DNA of 64,000 bases. It comes from Felis catus. Its lineage: Eukaryota. The notes beneath the pieces are model-generated. The model had not been told where the DNA came from. It was given only the letters and a program-made list of their open reading frames with translations, and searched no databases. The translations under genes and the position numbers were made by a program. This document shows positions 24,101 through 36,394 of the stretch, piece after piece. The stretch covers positions 12,214,001 through 12,278,000 of the forward strand of contig NC_058368.1 of assembly GCF_018350175.1 (NCBI RefSeq). Direction: 5' to 3'. Position 1 is the first letter of the stretch; each line of letters starts with the position of its first letter.

Positions 24101-25893
24101 AGTACGATTCATCCGTGTGTGTCTAGCGTATTTTCCAAACCCCTAGGATTCCATCTCTGGACCAGTGTTAAACTAGATTAAACTTCATTAATCTTGTCTA
24201 TGCATATTAAGGTAATCCAACATATATGGTTGAATTTAAGATGCATGGCAGAAATGAATTTGTTTTCCTCACAGAGCATTGCCCAACTTGAAAATTATGG
24301 GTTTGCTGGCCACTTCTTTGTAGGCAAGGAAATGAAAAATTCCCAGGTCATAATTCAAATAGTATGATTTTCCTTGCACCACAGAGAACTCATATATAAT
24401 ATTTTTATTTCTCTCAATAAAAGAATTGCACATTGCTGATAGGAAAAACATTACATAATAACATAAATGCATAACAATACAAAAGAACGGGAAAACACTC
24501 ATTTAAGGGTTTTTTTTCCTCCCATACCAGTTGCTAAGTTATGATGCCAATCTTCATGGATTACCAAAGAAAATCTCTTCCTGAAGCCAAGCATAATAAC
24601 TTATCTTTCTCTCTACCATTGTCGAATTACAATTAACAAAAAAACTCCACAACTTAAATCCATTAGCAATGGGTTAAGGAGAGTCAATCTGCTTAGCCTA
24701 TACAATAATAAATAAGTTTGGGTCAAACGTGTAGGTAGCTTGACTGGCTAATGAAGAAATATGAAATTAAGAAACCTGTTTATATTTTCTAAGAGTTCTA
24801 TTTTCGCAGAGTACAGTTTTGGTCTTATCGTTAGTTTAAAACCCTGTCTTTTAAATTGCAAAAGTTTAACGAATTATATCTTAAGAACATCCTCCATGCA
24901 AAATAAGAATTCCCTGAAGCTGTAACGGGCCAGGACTCTCAACTGACCATCGCCTCCCCCGTCTGGTGTCCAGAGTTAAATTCAGTGCAATGTATCGGTA
25001 AGAAAATGCCGATTAACTGTGACCAAAAAGGCCACTGGTCATACAGAATGACATTTAGGAACATGATAAAATGTATCTATGAAAACTCGATAAAACACAG
25101 AGGCTCCCTTGGGCTTTGACTATGCAAAGGCTATTATATTTGGCTCTAACCAGCAGGGCAATGAAGTTCTTGCAGTCACTTGCCCTGACTCCAGTGGCCC
25201 GTGGGCATCTGACATTTCACCAAACTGCATCCGGCTGGGTCCACTGGCCACTGGCAACCTAGCCTTATACTTGGTCATGACTTCTACTCCACTTCTGTGC
25301 TTTTAAGAGGAGTAAGTATTCTTTTCCCAGCATTCTCCAGCACTCCAAGCTCAGTTTTTGAAGGACGCAAGCAAACTGACAACACATAACAACTCTCAAT
25401 GTTGTTTTCCTTTGGTTAGCTAATCTTTGGTTAGACATCGGGGCCGACCGACAGACTACACATTTTCATACCTGGGTGTTAGCAGCAGGACAGTGGGGGG
25501 CTGGGCCCAGAGCAACTCGGAAAGAACCACGTGAGTGAGGAAGGGACTCACTGAGTCAGATGCATTGCTTTTCAAAAGACGCAATTATATATAAAATTGA
25601 TACTGTGCATATATACAGTGAAGATAGAGATATACACACATATGTACATATGCTATACATACATTTATTTACAGGTAAGAGTATGCTTCTTAGAAGCCTT
25701 TAAATAGCAAATTAGGCAATGCACAAGAAATAATCCATTTAATTTTAAGTAACATAGATAAATGTTCCGATTTTTAAAAATATTATATTAGTAGGGATGT
25801 AGCCGTCTCCAGGAAGGCTAGGAAAGTTCTCAGCAATTCTTGCCTCTTCAACATTCCGACTTCTCAGTGTTTCCATTTTGAAGCACTAACCAC

Positions 25894-25932
<39 letters not shown>
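25894..25932. repeat. (TC)n microsatellite, (GA)n in the mRNA, ~80 nt downstream of the STARD13 stop
   Basis: Direct reading. Confidence 0.95.
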
Positions 25933-25935
<3 letters not shown>

Positions 25936-26012
25936 TTCTCACGAGCAGCCTCTCCCACAAGTGTTTCCGTTCACTTCCTCTTCCCTGAGTTTGATGTCGC
26001 ACTGGGGAAAAC

Positions 26013-26130
26013 TCAGATTTTAGTTTCTGGACCCTCAGCAATGAGGGGCTGAAAAGAGTTTCTAATCCTGGCAACTTCTGCTGCACACAGATGTCCAAAG
26101 CCTTTACTGTACCACTCTGGGGAGTGACCT
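26013..26130 (-). CDS. STARD13: STARD13 last coding exon (exon 14 eq.), 118 nt: GHSPEWYSKGFGHLCAAEVARIRNSFQPLIAEGPETKI*
   Basis: ccacag|AGGTCAC...AAAATCTGA; stop TGA at 26013-26015; C-terminal ETKI fits a class I PDZ-ligand pattern. Confidence 0.96.
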
Positions 26131-26849
26131 CTGTGGGGACAAAAATGAGAAAGGAAGTGGGAAAATCTTTTTCCAAACCTCAGCACTTTATCACGGCAGA
26201 CCGGGCTGTGCTGTGGCCCGCACCTCGGGGCGCATGCCTACAACTCGGGGCTGACGCCTCGAGGGTCTGAGAACCTCCCTCTGTCATCAGGTGCCTGGAA
26301 AATGCCTTTTTGGCCAAGTATTCAGTCTGTCTCTTCAGGGCTCACTGGGTGCTTCGCAGCAATACCATGTCCCCAGAGAAGATTCAGACTGAATTCTGGA
26401 ATTCACTGAGAACACTCAGTGTCCCCGGACCCAGACCAAGAACCTGTTCGGCATCGTGACTGCCTTGACGGGGTCGGAAGTAAGTTCGTTTCTTCTCAAC
26501 GCAGGGCAACAGGAGGGGGCGGCAAGAGGAGAGCAGGCGCGACAGAAACACACGAGAAGGGGACTCGCGATCGCTGTGCTGCCACCAGGCGTGTGTTCGC
26601 CCTGCCTGAGAAGCACACAGGGTGGGAACGGCACTGAATGTAAAGAAAAGCAAAGGGCTGCAGGAGAATGTCAGAAGCTTGGGAAGGAGGGGGAAAAGGA
26701 AAACAGAGAGGGGGAGCGATCACCTACGAAAGCACGCGAACGGCCGTGAAAACACCAAGTAGGGTGAAACGGGGGATCAGGACGACGAACGGCGCCCTGG
26801 CGACTCTGGCCCTTGAGTGAGCCTGGCGTCCCCGGGAGGGCACACTTAC

Positions 26850-27026
26850 TTCAGGTCTATCCTGCAGATGTGGGTCAGTCTCGATTTGCCGGAGCCACAA
26901 GGTTCTATCAAGTACTGAGAATCCATCACCACGGCCCGCACGCCGCCCATGAGCTGGGCTTCCTCGTGCTCCACAGAGAGGGACACCAGGGTACACGTTC
27001 CTTTGGGCAGGTCCGTCTTCCAGGTC
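26850..27026 (-). CDS. STARD13: STARD13 exon 13 eq., 177 nt, START domain (TWKTDLPKG...CRIDLK)
   Basis: Inside ORF 26846..27079; ccacag|GACCTGG...CTGAA|gtaagt. Confidence 0.96.
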
Positions 27027-27244
27027 CTGTGGCAGAGCACCCAGCACCGCAGGATTAGGGCCGAGAGAGAAAGAAACACGTGGGCGCGGCACTGAGGTTC
27101 GCGCCTCTGTTTTCCCGCTCAAATCCCAATCCTGGTTACTTCAACGGATGGTTTCCAGAAGGGTGTGTAAAATCTTTACAGTACAGTTCAAAGCAAGGGT
27201 CTCAGCCCTCTGACCCAGAGGCCAGAAATGGTTTTGCAGCTTTC

Positions 27245-27505
27245 CTTTTATTTTTATTTTACTTTATTGATTAAAAAAATTATTTAAACCTTTTGTTTTA
27301 ATGTCTGTTTACTTATTTGAAGAGACAGAGATACAGAGAGCAAGCAGGGGCAGGGCAGAGAGAGAAGAAGACAGAGAATCCCGAGCAGGCTCCGTGCTGT
27401 CAGCACAGAGCCCGACACAGGGCTCAAACCCATGAACTGTGAGATCATGACCTGAGCTGAAATCAAGGGTCGGATGCTCACGTGACTGAGCCACCCAGGA
27501 GCCCC
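27245..27505 (-). mobile_element. CanSINE in STARD13 intron
   Basis: TSD ttgcagctttcc. Confidence 0.92.
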
Positions 27506-30202
27506 AGTCTTGCAGCTTTCCAGTCTGCCTCTGGAACCCCAAATCAAGGCTGTAGAGGTTCCTGGCCATTATTGAACGGTTGGTCTTACGGTTTTAGAAT
27601 TAGGACTTGCCCATTCAATTCATTCAATAAACATCTCCTGGACACGTGAGAAGCCACTAAGAACACAAAGATACACAGCCAAGGAGGAGAAACAGACATA
27701 CAGAGCGACGTCTAAAACACCAAAGTGAGTGCAGTGATGAGGCTATGCACGGAGTGATCTGCAATCACGTGGAAAGGAAGGTAGGGCTGACAGGGGAAGG
27801 CTTTCCGGAAGTGATGCTCAACTCAGTCTTACAGGAAAAATGAGCTGGTGTGCTTGGCCTGAAGCAAATTAGACACATGTGGACTGCTAATTCTTTCCAA
27901 ATACCTGAGTGGCTCCTAAGCAGAACAAGAAAAAAACACAGTCGATTTGACTCCAGCAGGCAGAGATGCGACGGGGTGTGTCAGCTCAGTATAGAGAAGA
28001 CCTGTCTCACAAAGTACACTCTCCAAAAATGAAACAGGCTGTCTGAGGAGTAGGAAGTTCCCTGTTATGGGAGCCATTCACACAGAGAGGAGGCTACCAC
28101 TTGGAAAAATGTTGCAGACGGAAATCAGGAACTGTGAGAGAATCTGTGTAACCATCATTTCTACCGTAAGATACAGGTTTCATTATCATAATCTCAGTTA
28201 TTTACATCACCAATCCCCTCCCTTGCTTGGCCATATCTTCTATAACTTTGTCAGCCGTGTCCTACTATACCAGGAAGAGAAACTACTCTGGGTGCCCAGC
28301 AAGACCTTGGGAAGAACAAAGCCCTATAGAAATGCCTAGCAACTTCTCCACGGGTGGGACCCTTCCCTTCACGTGAGATGAAGTGATCAGCAATAAAAAC
28401 TGGAAGTTGTACAGATTTGTGGGGATAAAATGGAAGAATCCTCAGTAGCTACCACTGGAAGCTCCCGAGGATGTAGGGAAGGAGACAAAGAAGTAAATGT
28501 GGTGGTCCTGAATGGAGACCAGCTACGTACAAGCTGGTCTAGAGAGGGAGACACTCTGAACAGGAAGCATCTCAGCCTTGTGACCTCCTCACCATATTTG
28601 TCACCTTCTACCTTCTTGTGTCAGAACCACCTTCTACCTTCTTGCGTGGTTAGTTTTGTCGAGCGTCGAGTTCTTCCTGCTCAGAGCCTCATGATGCAAC
28701 CACTTTCTCTTTCAAGTTGTGGATTAACTATCGGTGCTGTGAGACTCTGCCCTAACCACTGTGTTTAAAATTCAACCCCTTACTATCCTCCTATCTTCCT
28801 TATCGCCCCCACCCCAAGATAAGGAACCTGATCCCCTTACTCATTATTTATTGATCCTCCCTCCCGGATAAAATGCCAACCCCAAGAGAGCAGGACTGCA
28901 GTCTCTTGTATTCACGGCATTATCCCCACAGACTCCCCACGGTGCTGGAATGATGTCCTGTACTGAGAAATAGGCTGGTGGGACTGCGGGATGGATAGAA
29001 GGACGAGGCTCCATGCGTGGACTCTGGCCCTCAACCTCCTCCAAAGGGAGGGAAGAGGCACGCCATGGCACGGTTCCATCCCAGAAGAACTGGCTGCCAT
29101 CCCAGAAGAACTATTTGCAAGAGTGAAGATGTGAACTTTAACTTCCACGAGATGACTAATGTCCCAACAACTGTGGGACTAAGCCACCCTTAAAACTGCC
29201 CACGTTCTCCACCGGGATCCCAAGGTTGCTAAGATAAACACATATATTTTGGCAAAAATGACCCTTAGAATTCAAGGTCCCAAGGACCAACTCCAAAGGC
29301 ATAAATAGCCTGTGTGAAAAGTAACCTGTGGTTTGCCATCAAAACTAGTTTCATAAAGTATTTGAAACAGACGTCGGGGAATTTCACTAGTGATTCCTTT
29401 TGCACTGCTAATCTATGGGAAGAGACACTGTCTGCCATCAGTTATCAATAAAAAAAAGCAGATATTGGTTTAATTACATTTTATTTGCTTTCTTGGTATC
29501 CTCAGTCCCTGTCCTTTCTGATTCGATGCTGACTCCCCAGCCCATGTGCACAGCTATACTCTGCACGCCTCCTACTGCTGGCTGAGCACCCCTTCCAAAC
29601 CCAGAGGGCAAGGGGCCAGAACTCAAGCCAGAAAGCTATCAGAAGCAACATCTGAACAGAAGACACAAGGCTTTACAGGCCTTTCAGGCCCTGAAATCCT
29701 CCTGGATACCCAGCTGTCTGTGCATAGTTGGGCCTAAGGCACAGTTGGGCCTCGGGGTTGTGCCAAGGTTTCCATGCACGACAATGAGTTATGAATCTCT
29801 GAGGTTGCACTGATGGATTTTGAGGTTGCACATACTTCTGTCTTAAGAGGTACCCACACCAAAGACTTGCTTTCCCAAGGGAGAAAAGGCAAAATCAGGA
29901 GAAAAGTCAGAGTCAATCTGCATAACATGGCAGCAAGTCCCACTGGACCAACAGCAGCTTATTCTCGGGACTCTGTTCTGAGGAAATGAGCAGTATTTAT
30001 GGCCTAATAAACCGTCTGCTCCGTAATGAAAGGGGCCAGAGGAGAGCCCAGCACAGCTGTAAACTGGGTGAAGGAAGCAGGAAGTCGGGCATAAATACAA
30101 CAAAGTCAGGTGTCGCTGAGGGCAGCGAGCACCGGCTCAGAGTTCCCAGCAGAGGCTGAACTCAGGTGATAGAACTGTGCGAAATGTTTAAATATGCAGC
30201 TC

Positions 30203-30427
30203 TTTTTTTTAAAGTTTATTTTTTTAATGTTTATTTATTTTTGAGACAGAGAGAGACAGAGCATGAACAGGGAGGGGCAGAGAGAGAGGGAGACACAGAA
30301 TCTGAAACAGGCTCCAGGCTCTGAGCTGTCAGCCCAGAGCCCGACGCGGGGCTCGAACTCACGGACCGCGAGATCGTGACCTGAGCCGAAGTCGGACGCT
30401 TAACCGACTGAGCCACCCAGGCGCCCC
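30203..30427 (-). mobile_element. CanSINE (SINEC_Fc), near-consensus and CpG-intact, ~65 nt past an exon donor
   Basis: TSD aaatatgcagctctt. Confidence 0.96.
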
Positions 30428-30492
30428 GAAATATGCAGCTCTTAATCTGCTTCTGGAAACAAAAACATCTTAAACCCTAGAGTCAGGCTTAC

Positions 30493-30710
30493 CTGAGAAC
30501 CACGAAGTCCCTGGAAGGATGGGGGGCCATGCTGTTCAGCACGTACTGATAGATTTCTGTTTGCTTGTCCAGAGTTTCCACAACCTTCCACTGCACAAAA
30601 TCCTCATCCCACAGGTGACGCTCTCTCAGCACACGATTCAGAACCACCGAGGGGGGCGCTTCAACCTCCACAGAGGCCTTCCATAGCTTCAGCGGATGCC
30701 CGTCCCCCAC
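30493..30710 (-). CDS. STARD13: STARD13 exon 12 eq., 218 nt, START domain (VGDGHPLKLW...SRDFVVLR)
   Basis: Inside ORF 30489..30746; cccaag|GTGGGG...CTCAG|gtaagc. Confidence 0.96.
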
Positions 30711-31177
30711 CTTGGGAAAGACACCATCGAAGGCTGAAGGGGCCAACTAGTTCCAACGAAAACCTACCATACTTCACTGGGCGCCCAAAAAACATCACTG
30801 GTTATGTCACTGGGAAGTGATTCTGCATATCTCAGGTTTAAGACGTTAAGATGTTAATCTTTAAGCTTAGAAGAAAAATAACAGTGATCGTACAAATAAT
30901 CTCCATCAACACACGCGGTATTTACTGTGTGCCAGGAAAGATTCTAACCCATTTGATTTTTAAATAGCCCTCCTCCAACAGTGGTAGGATTATGTCCATT
31001 ATGCAAATGAAAAACCAGGCACAGAGAGGCATGTGACTTGCCCAATGTCACACAGCTAAAGGACAAGGATAAGATTGGTACTCTGTAATCTGATTACATG
31101 CACCAGGGACTGCTTGGTCTCTAGAGTGGATCTTTGACCTGTTTGTGTGTGTGCCAAGCCCCATGGACAGAGTGGCC

Positions 31178-31375
31178 TTTTTTTTTTTTTTTTTTAATTT
31201 AAGAGTGAGAGAGAGAATGCTAATAGGGGAAAGGGGCAGGGGGAGAGAAAGAGAGAGAATTTTAAACAGGCTCCACACTCAGTGTCTGCCTAACATGGGG
31301 CTTTATCCTAAGACTCTGCGTTCATGACCTGAGCAGAAACCAAGAATTGGACACTCAGAGCCCCTAGGTGCCCCA
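31178..31375 (-). mobile_element. CanSINE (older), first of a tandem pair
   Basis: Flanked by agagtggcc. Confidence 0.9.
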
Positions 31376-31386
31376 GAGAGTGGCCA

Positions 31387-31620
31387 TTTTTATTTATTTA
31401 TTTTTTTAATTTTTTTTTTAACGTTTATTGATTTTTGAGACAGAGAGAGACAGAGCATGAATGGGGGAGGGTCAGAGACAGAGGGAGACACAGAATCTGA
31501 AACAGGTTCCAGGCTCTGAGCCGTCAGCACAGAGCCCGACGCGGGGCTTGAACTCACGGACCATGAGATCACGACCTGAGCCGAAGTCAGACGCTTAACT
31601 GACTGAACCACCTAGGCGCC
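31387..31620 (-). mobile_element. CanSINE (SINEC_Fc), second of a tandem pair
   Basis: TSD gagagtggccatttt. Confidence 0.95.
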
Positions 31621-31699
31621 TGAGAGTGGCCATTTTTAAAGCAAAACAAATCCCTGCTTGTTAGACATGGGGGTAATTTTGTTACAACCCTGAGATTAC

Positions 31700-31921
31700 C
31701 TTTTTGAAAGCAAGATCTGTATTGTCTGTGCTGGAGCACGTGACCCAGCCTTTGAACTTCTCCTTGGCTTCTTTCTGGAGCCCCTGGACGAGATGTTCCA
31801 GGTACATATGGAAAGTTGCTCCGCTCTCCTCCAGCTGGGACCCCAGGTCTTCTAGAGTCGGAGCGTGGATCTCAGCCTCCACGTATGAGTTATGGGACTG
31901 GGCTACCAACTCATGTGGGAC
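31700..31921 (-). CDS. STARD13: STARD13 exon 11 eq., 222 nt, start of START domain (VPHELVAQ...TDLAFKK)
   Basis: Inside ORF 31682..31939; attcag|GTCCCA...AAAAAG|gtaatc. Confidence 0.96.
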
Positions 31922-32744
31922 CTGAATCAACGGATGCACACAAGAGCAACATACTGAGCTAAAGAAATGCTGAAACTAATAGTTAGAGAAAGCAAAGTAA
32001 TTTTGTCAAAACCCACAGTGTGGGCAACGGGCCTAGCGCCATGGGGATAGTTTCCCAAGATCAGTGGCAAGGCTGGGGTGGGGGAGTTTCCTAAAGTCAG
32101 GAAAAGCAAATATGTTTCTGAGACTACAGTTATTATCCAAAACATTGCAATGACTTCCCATTCATTCTTTCCGTTTTCCTTTTAACGTATTTTTCTTCGG
32201 TTTGGCAAAATGTGGGCTCAGGAAACTTAAAGCACATAGACTTAAGAGAAACATCAAATATGAGTCAGAAATAGCTTTACCTTTTTAGCACACTTTTCCC
32301 ATTTACAGATGCCAATTCCACCACAAAAAGTATGCCAGCAGTCTACTTCAATAACTTCTTAAACACATCTGTGGCTACACTCAGAGCCTGTCATTGATTC
32401 TTGGTTCACAGAAACAAGAGGGTTACGCAGATGTTGAACCTAATCAGGTCCAAGTTAACACATCCAACATAATTGGCTGGCTGGCCTTGAAGCTGGCACT
32501 GGAGGGCAATGGAAGCGTTTTCTTGAAAACCATCATCACGGTAGCCCCAGGTGTCTAACTGTCAGGGCCTCAGTGATACAGAGCTCCTCACGCTTCTTGG
32601 GGGCAACGACCAGAGCCACGTCATGTACTATTGTCATTATAAAATCAGGAACAAACACATATAAGCCGCAAATGCAGCAACGGTTCCAAGCATCTTCTCT
32701 GGCTCCAAGAGCTATGACGAAGGCTGTTGGAAGCGGTTACTCAC

Positions 32745-32859
32745 CTCGAACAGTCTGTCGCATTCTGTGATCATGTGGGCAAGCCCCTGAGCCGCGGCCA
32801 GGTTCTCACTGAGGTCCTTTTGATCTGGCTTCCCGGTGGCATATTTCTTCTGTATGACT
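32745..32859 (-). CDS. STARD13: STARD13 exon 10 eq., 115 nt (VIQKKYATGKPDQKDLSENLAAAQGLAHMITECDRLFE)
   Basis: Translated by hand; ttatag|AGTCATA...TTCGAG|gtgagt. Confidence 0.95.
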
Positions 32860-33326
32860 CTATAATTGAAGGACAGAGTTGTAAGCGGATCCCAAACCCA
32901 AGAGCTTTTCGCAATTCAGAGCTTGTCCCTTTTGTTTTCGGTTCCTGTCCAAGATGCTAATCCAGATCCCAGACTTTCTCATTTCCAAATAAAAACAATG
33001 ACCACACAGATATTCTGAGTCAGGGGAAGAGTCTGACAGCTCATAATGAAAAACCTTGGAAAAATACAAGGGCAGGAGTAACTGCTGGGGGAGAAATTTA
33101 TCTATTTTTTCCCAAATTTGAAACCATGTCTTTATAGGCTGCTGTTCTCAGGTCTTAAGTCCTGCTTTTTTCATAGAAGATTGTAAATATGACTTCTTTC
33201 CCACCCACACACTACAAACACACCAGAACACAATGCCTCAGGCTTTCTGGATGGCAATGGCCATCCTTCAGTACTACTTGGTTTTATATCTGAGCACATG
33301 AATTAGCTCACCTTGAAACATTTTCT

Positions 33327-33539
33327 TTCTTTTTTTTAAAGTTTATTTATTCAGAGAAAGAGAGTGAGAGAACGAGCAGGGGAGGGGAAGAGAGAGAGAG
33401 GGAGAGAGAGAATCCCAAGCAGGCTCCATGCTGTGAGCGTAGAGCCCCATGCAGGGCTTGAACTCACAAACTGTGAGGTTGTGACCTGAGCCGAAACCAA
33501 GAGTTGGATGTTTAACTGACTCAGCCACCCAGGGGCCCC
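33327..33539 (-). mobile_element. CanSINE
   Basis: TSD cttgaaacattttct. Confidence 0.94.
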
Positions 33540-33685
33540 TTGAAACATTTTCTGATTATAATAAACTAAATGCTGACAAATCCCCAAACTGAAGTACAAT
33601 ACTAGAAGTGTTTTTTGTTTGTTTGTTCGTTTAATGAACTATGGGGAGCATCTAAGGATTATGGCTGTTGATGAGAAAAACCCAC

Positions 33686-33896
33686 CTGGGGGAGCTTTCT
33701 TTCTTCAGTAAATTAAGATGAAAGAGGGAGGGGGCCAGACACACAGCCAGGTTCATGGGTGTCATCTGATTCTCTTCCACCGAGTTGACCACGTCACTCA
33801 GGAAGCACAGCAGCGTCTGCAGGACCTCCCTGCTTTCATCGGCCAGCAACAGGACGGCCGCCTGCACTGCTTGCAGCCGCTGCTCCTTGGGGACAT
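33686..33896 (-). CDS. STARD13: STARD13 exon 9 eq., 211 nt, RhoGAP (YVPKEQRLQAVQAA...NQMTPMNLAVCLAPSLFHLNLLKKESSPR)
   Basis: Overlaps ORF 33652..33867; ctgcag|ATGTC...CCCCAG|gtgggt. Confidence 0.96.
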
Positions 33897-36394
33897 CTGC
33901 AGAAAGGCGGGTGCCGGGTCATTAGAGGAACAGCCACAGGAGGAGCCAGCTGGGGGCCCGTGAGGAAGCTCCACCTTCCCGGTGTGCAGACCCCCTCAGA
34001 GATATGACCATCACCGACTACCATGGCGACAGCCACTAACGGCACAAAGAAGTAAGTCACCACTTAGGCCTCACAGCTGCTGAGAGGCAAAGCTGGGACT
34101 GGAACCCAAGTAGTCCAGCTCCGGACCCGCTGCCTTAACAAGAAACGCTGTTTGGCAAGCAACGGCCCCGTCCTGGCCTTTCACGGTCTCTGAGCTAGCC
34201 ACCTGCTCAGCCGTTTGCAAACTGTTTTTCTGCTCTGACTGCAGCTGGCGGCTGGCCAGGGCATGGTCAGCCTGGCCTCCCTCATGTCCACCCTCCCACC
34301 AGACAGCTTGGGAAGCACCTCTCAGGAGGCCCAGGGCTCCGGGGCACGTGTTTGGACACCACTGTGTTAGGGGACGGCGGCCTCGCCTTCCCCCACCTCT
34401 AGCAGAGGAGCCGGGCCTCGATGCCAGCTTGGCGCTATTAACCACGAGTGGTGGAATGGAGCTGGCTGGCCCTCTCGAATGACTCCTAGAGGCTCGGCTC
34501 CTTGAGGGTCAGCCGGACACATCTTCCTTTCTCCTACAAGTCCCCCAGGGCTTGGTGCAGAGGGAGTGTGCTGTTGCTTCATGCGGTGACCTAGTGTCAC
34601 GCATTTCATAGTTTTGGGGAGTATGGAAGTTGAGGTTGTACTTGGGGAAGAGGATCCAGGTTCACTAGGGTGATGGGGAGGGTCTGGCCATGTCGGGCCA
34701 CTCTCCTTCGGGGTGGTCCGTGTGGGGTGGTGGTGGTGGGTGCTGGCCATGCAGGTTCAGAAGGGTGCGGGCCCCAAATAGGTGATGTGAACCGAAAGGG
34801 AAAATCCCAGCAAATGGGTGCTAGGCACTACATTATGCTGCCCCCTGGCTGTGTTCATTACTGATCTTTTAGGTCTGACTCAATGCCCTTATACCTCTGA
34901 CTCTGAAAGACCCGGTCAGGAATTCACTCCGGTTACATGGTCTTTCTTAAAATACCATGTTCTAGAACAGGTGTCTGCAGTGGGGTGTCTGTCCTCTGAA
35001 GGGGTGGAGGAAATGCGCTTGTGATAATCCCTGATGTGAGAGAAGAAGATATCAGGATTTTCAATGGTGTTTATGTTTTCTCTCATGCTTTAAAAATACT
35101 GACTGGGTACGTTTTACAATGTTTGTCATAGTATATCACAGTATATTTCTATTATGAAAAATAAGTATACATGCTCAGATATTTACTAGTGGTAGGGGTA
35201 CAGGATAAAAAACATTGGAACCTGCTGCTTCAGAGGGCCTGTGGTGTGACCTTCATCCCGGGTCTGGATCCTCTCCATCACTGTACATCCCAGGGCTGGG
35301 TACCCTCTGGACCCCAGTCACGCAGCAAACCCACATTTCTGGAAAAGCCTGATGTACAGTCAATGTTTTAGAAACCATCTCTATCCCTGCTACGTCCACT
35401 GTGTAGTGGCACAAGACAGCCCGGGGTTTAGTAGAAAAGAGCCATTTTGTTCAAATTATAGCAGAACCTTTTTCTTTTTTCTTGCTTGTGCTGAAACAGA
35501 AGCAGATGCTTCAGGCTTGTCACTGAAGTGTTATAAATTCAGCTGAGCCATTGAACTGCTTTTAAATATGCTGCTTTGGCTAAGATGTCTAGTGTGTACA
35601 TTGTTTAACTTCAGATCGCCAATATTTCGCAACAAAATTTGTAAGAGTCATCTGTCATGGCTACATGTTGTCTCAACTTTCTCTCTAGTCACTTTTCCCT
35701 TTATCTGTCAGAAAGGATCTTCTATTATTTTCTATAAAAATTGTTGTGAAGGTCAACTATTAATCCCTAAATTCAGCATTCATTTTGAATCCTATCCTCT
35801 TTGACCGTTCTGTTACATTCGGCACTTGTGTGGCTCCTGCCTCTTTCTCAGCTCTCGGGAGACTACTCTAGATCTGCATATCTAAATGTTGATAATGGCA
35901 ACGATGTGGATGGCTATCGGCGTCTCAAATTCAATGTCCAGTTGATTCTGAACACCTCTCCTCTCCCTGCTCTCAAACCAGCTCTCCTTCCCCTCTTCTT
36001 TTCCATATTCTCCCAGTCATCAAATGTTAGGACTACAGAGTAGTCTCTGATCCCTCCATCTTTCTCCCTCCTGTAGACCAGTGGGTTTCAAATATTTTCA
36101 TTATCCATCCAAACTCCAATTAATCATTTAATGAAAGTCCAAGAAGTAACATAGCTAAAATTAAAACCGCCCTGGAAAAGGGGAGGAAGAACGGTCCCTC
36201 TCTTTGACTCTAGAGTCTATCCACGGAACACTGAATTTCCAGTCTCACTGCTGGAAGTCACGGCAGGTAACCCAGTGCTTCACTTACTGTGTTAGCTCAC
36301 TCACTAACCCCCGGTTCCTGGACGGTCCAATATCTCTTGTTCACCACTTCCACATTCATGGGTCACAAGAGCAGTTCTGATGGATATTTACCCT

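Larger units (their letters stand above)
23600..26012 (-). other. STARD13: STARD13 3' UTR (~2.4 kb; 3' end approximate)
   Basis: Follows the stop codon; AU-rich and SINE-free; carries miRNA seed matches and Pumilio elements; ends at a poly(A)-signal cluster. Confidence 0.75.
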
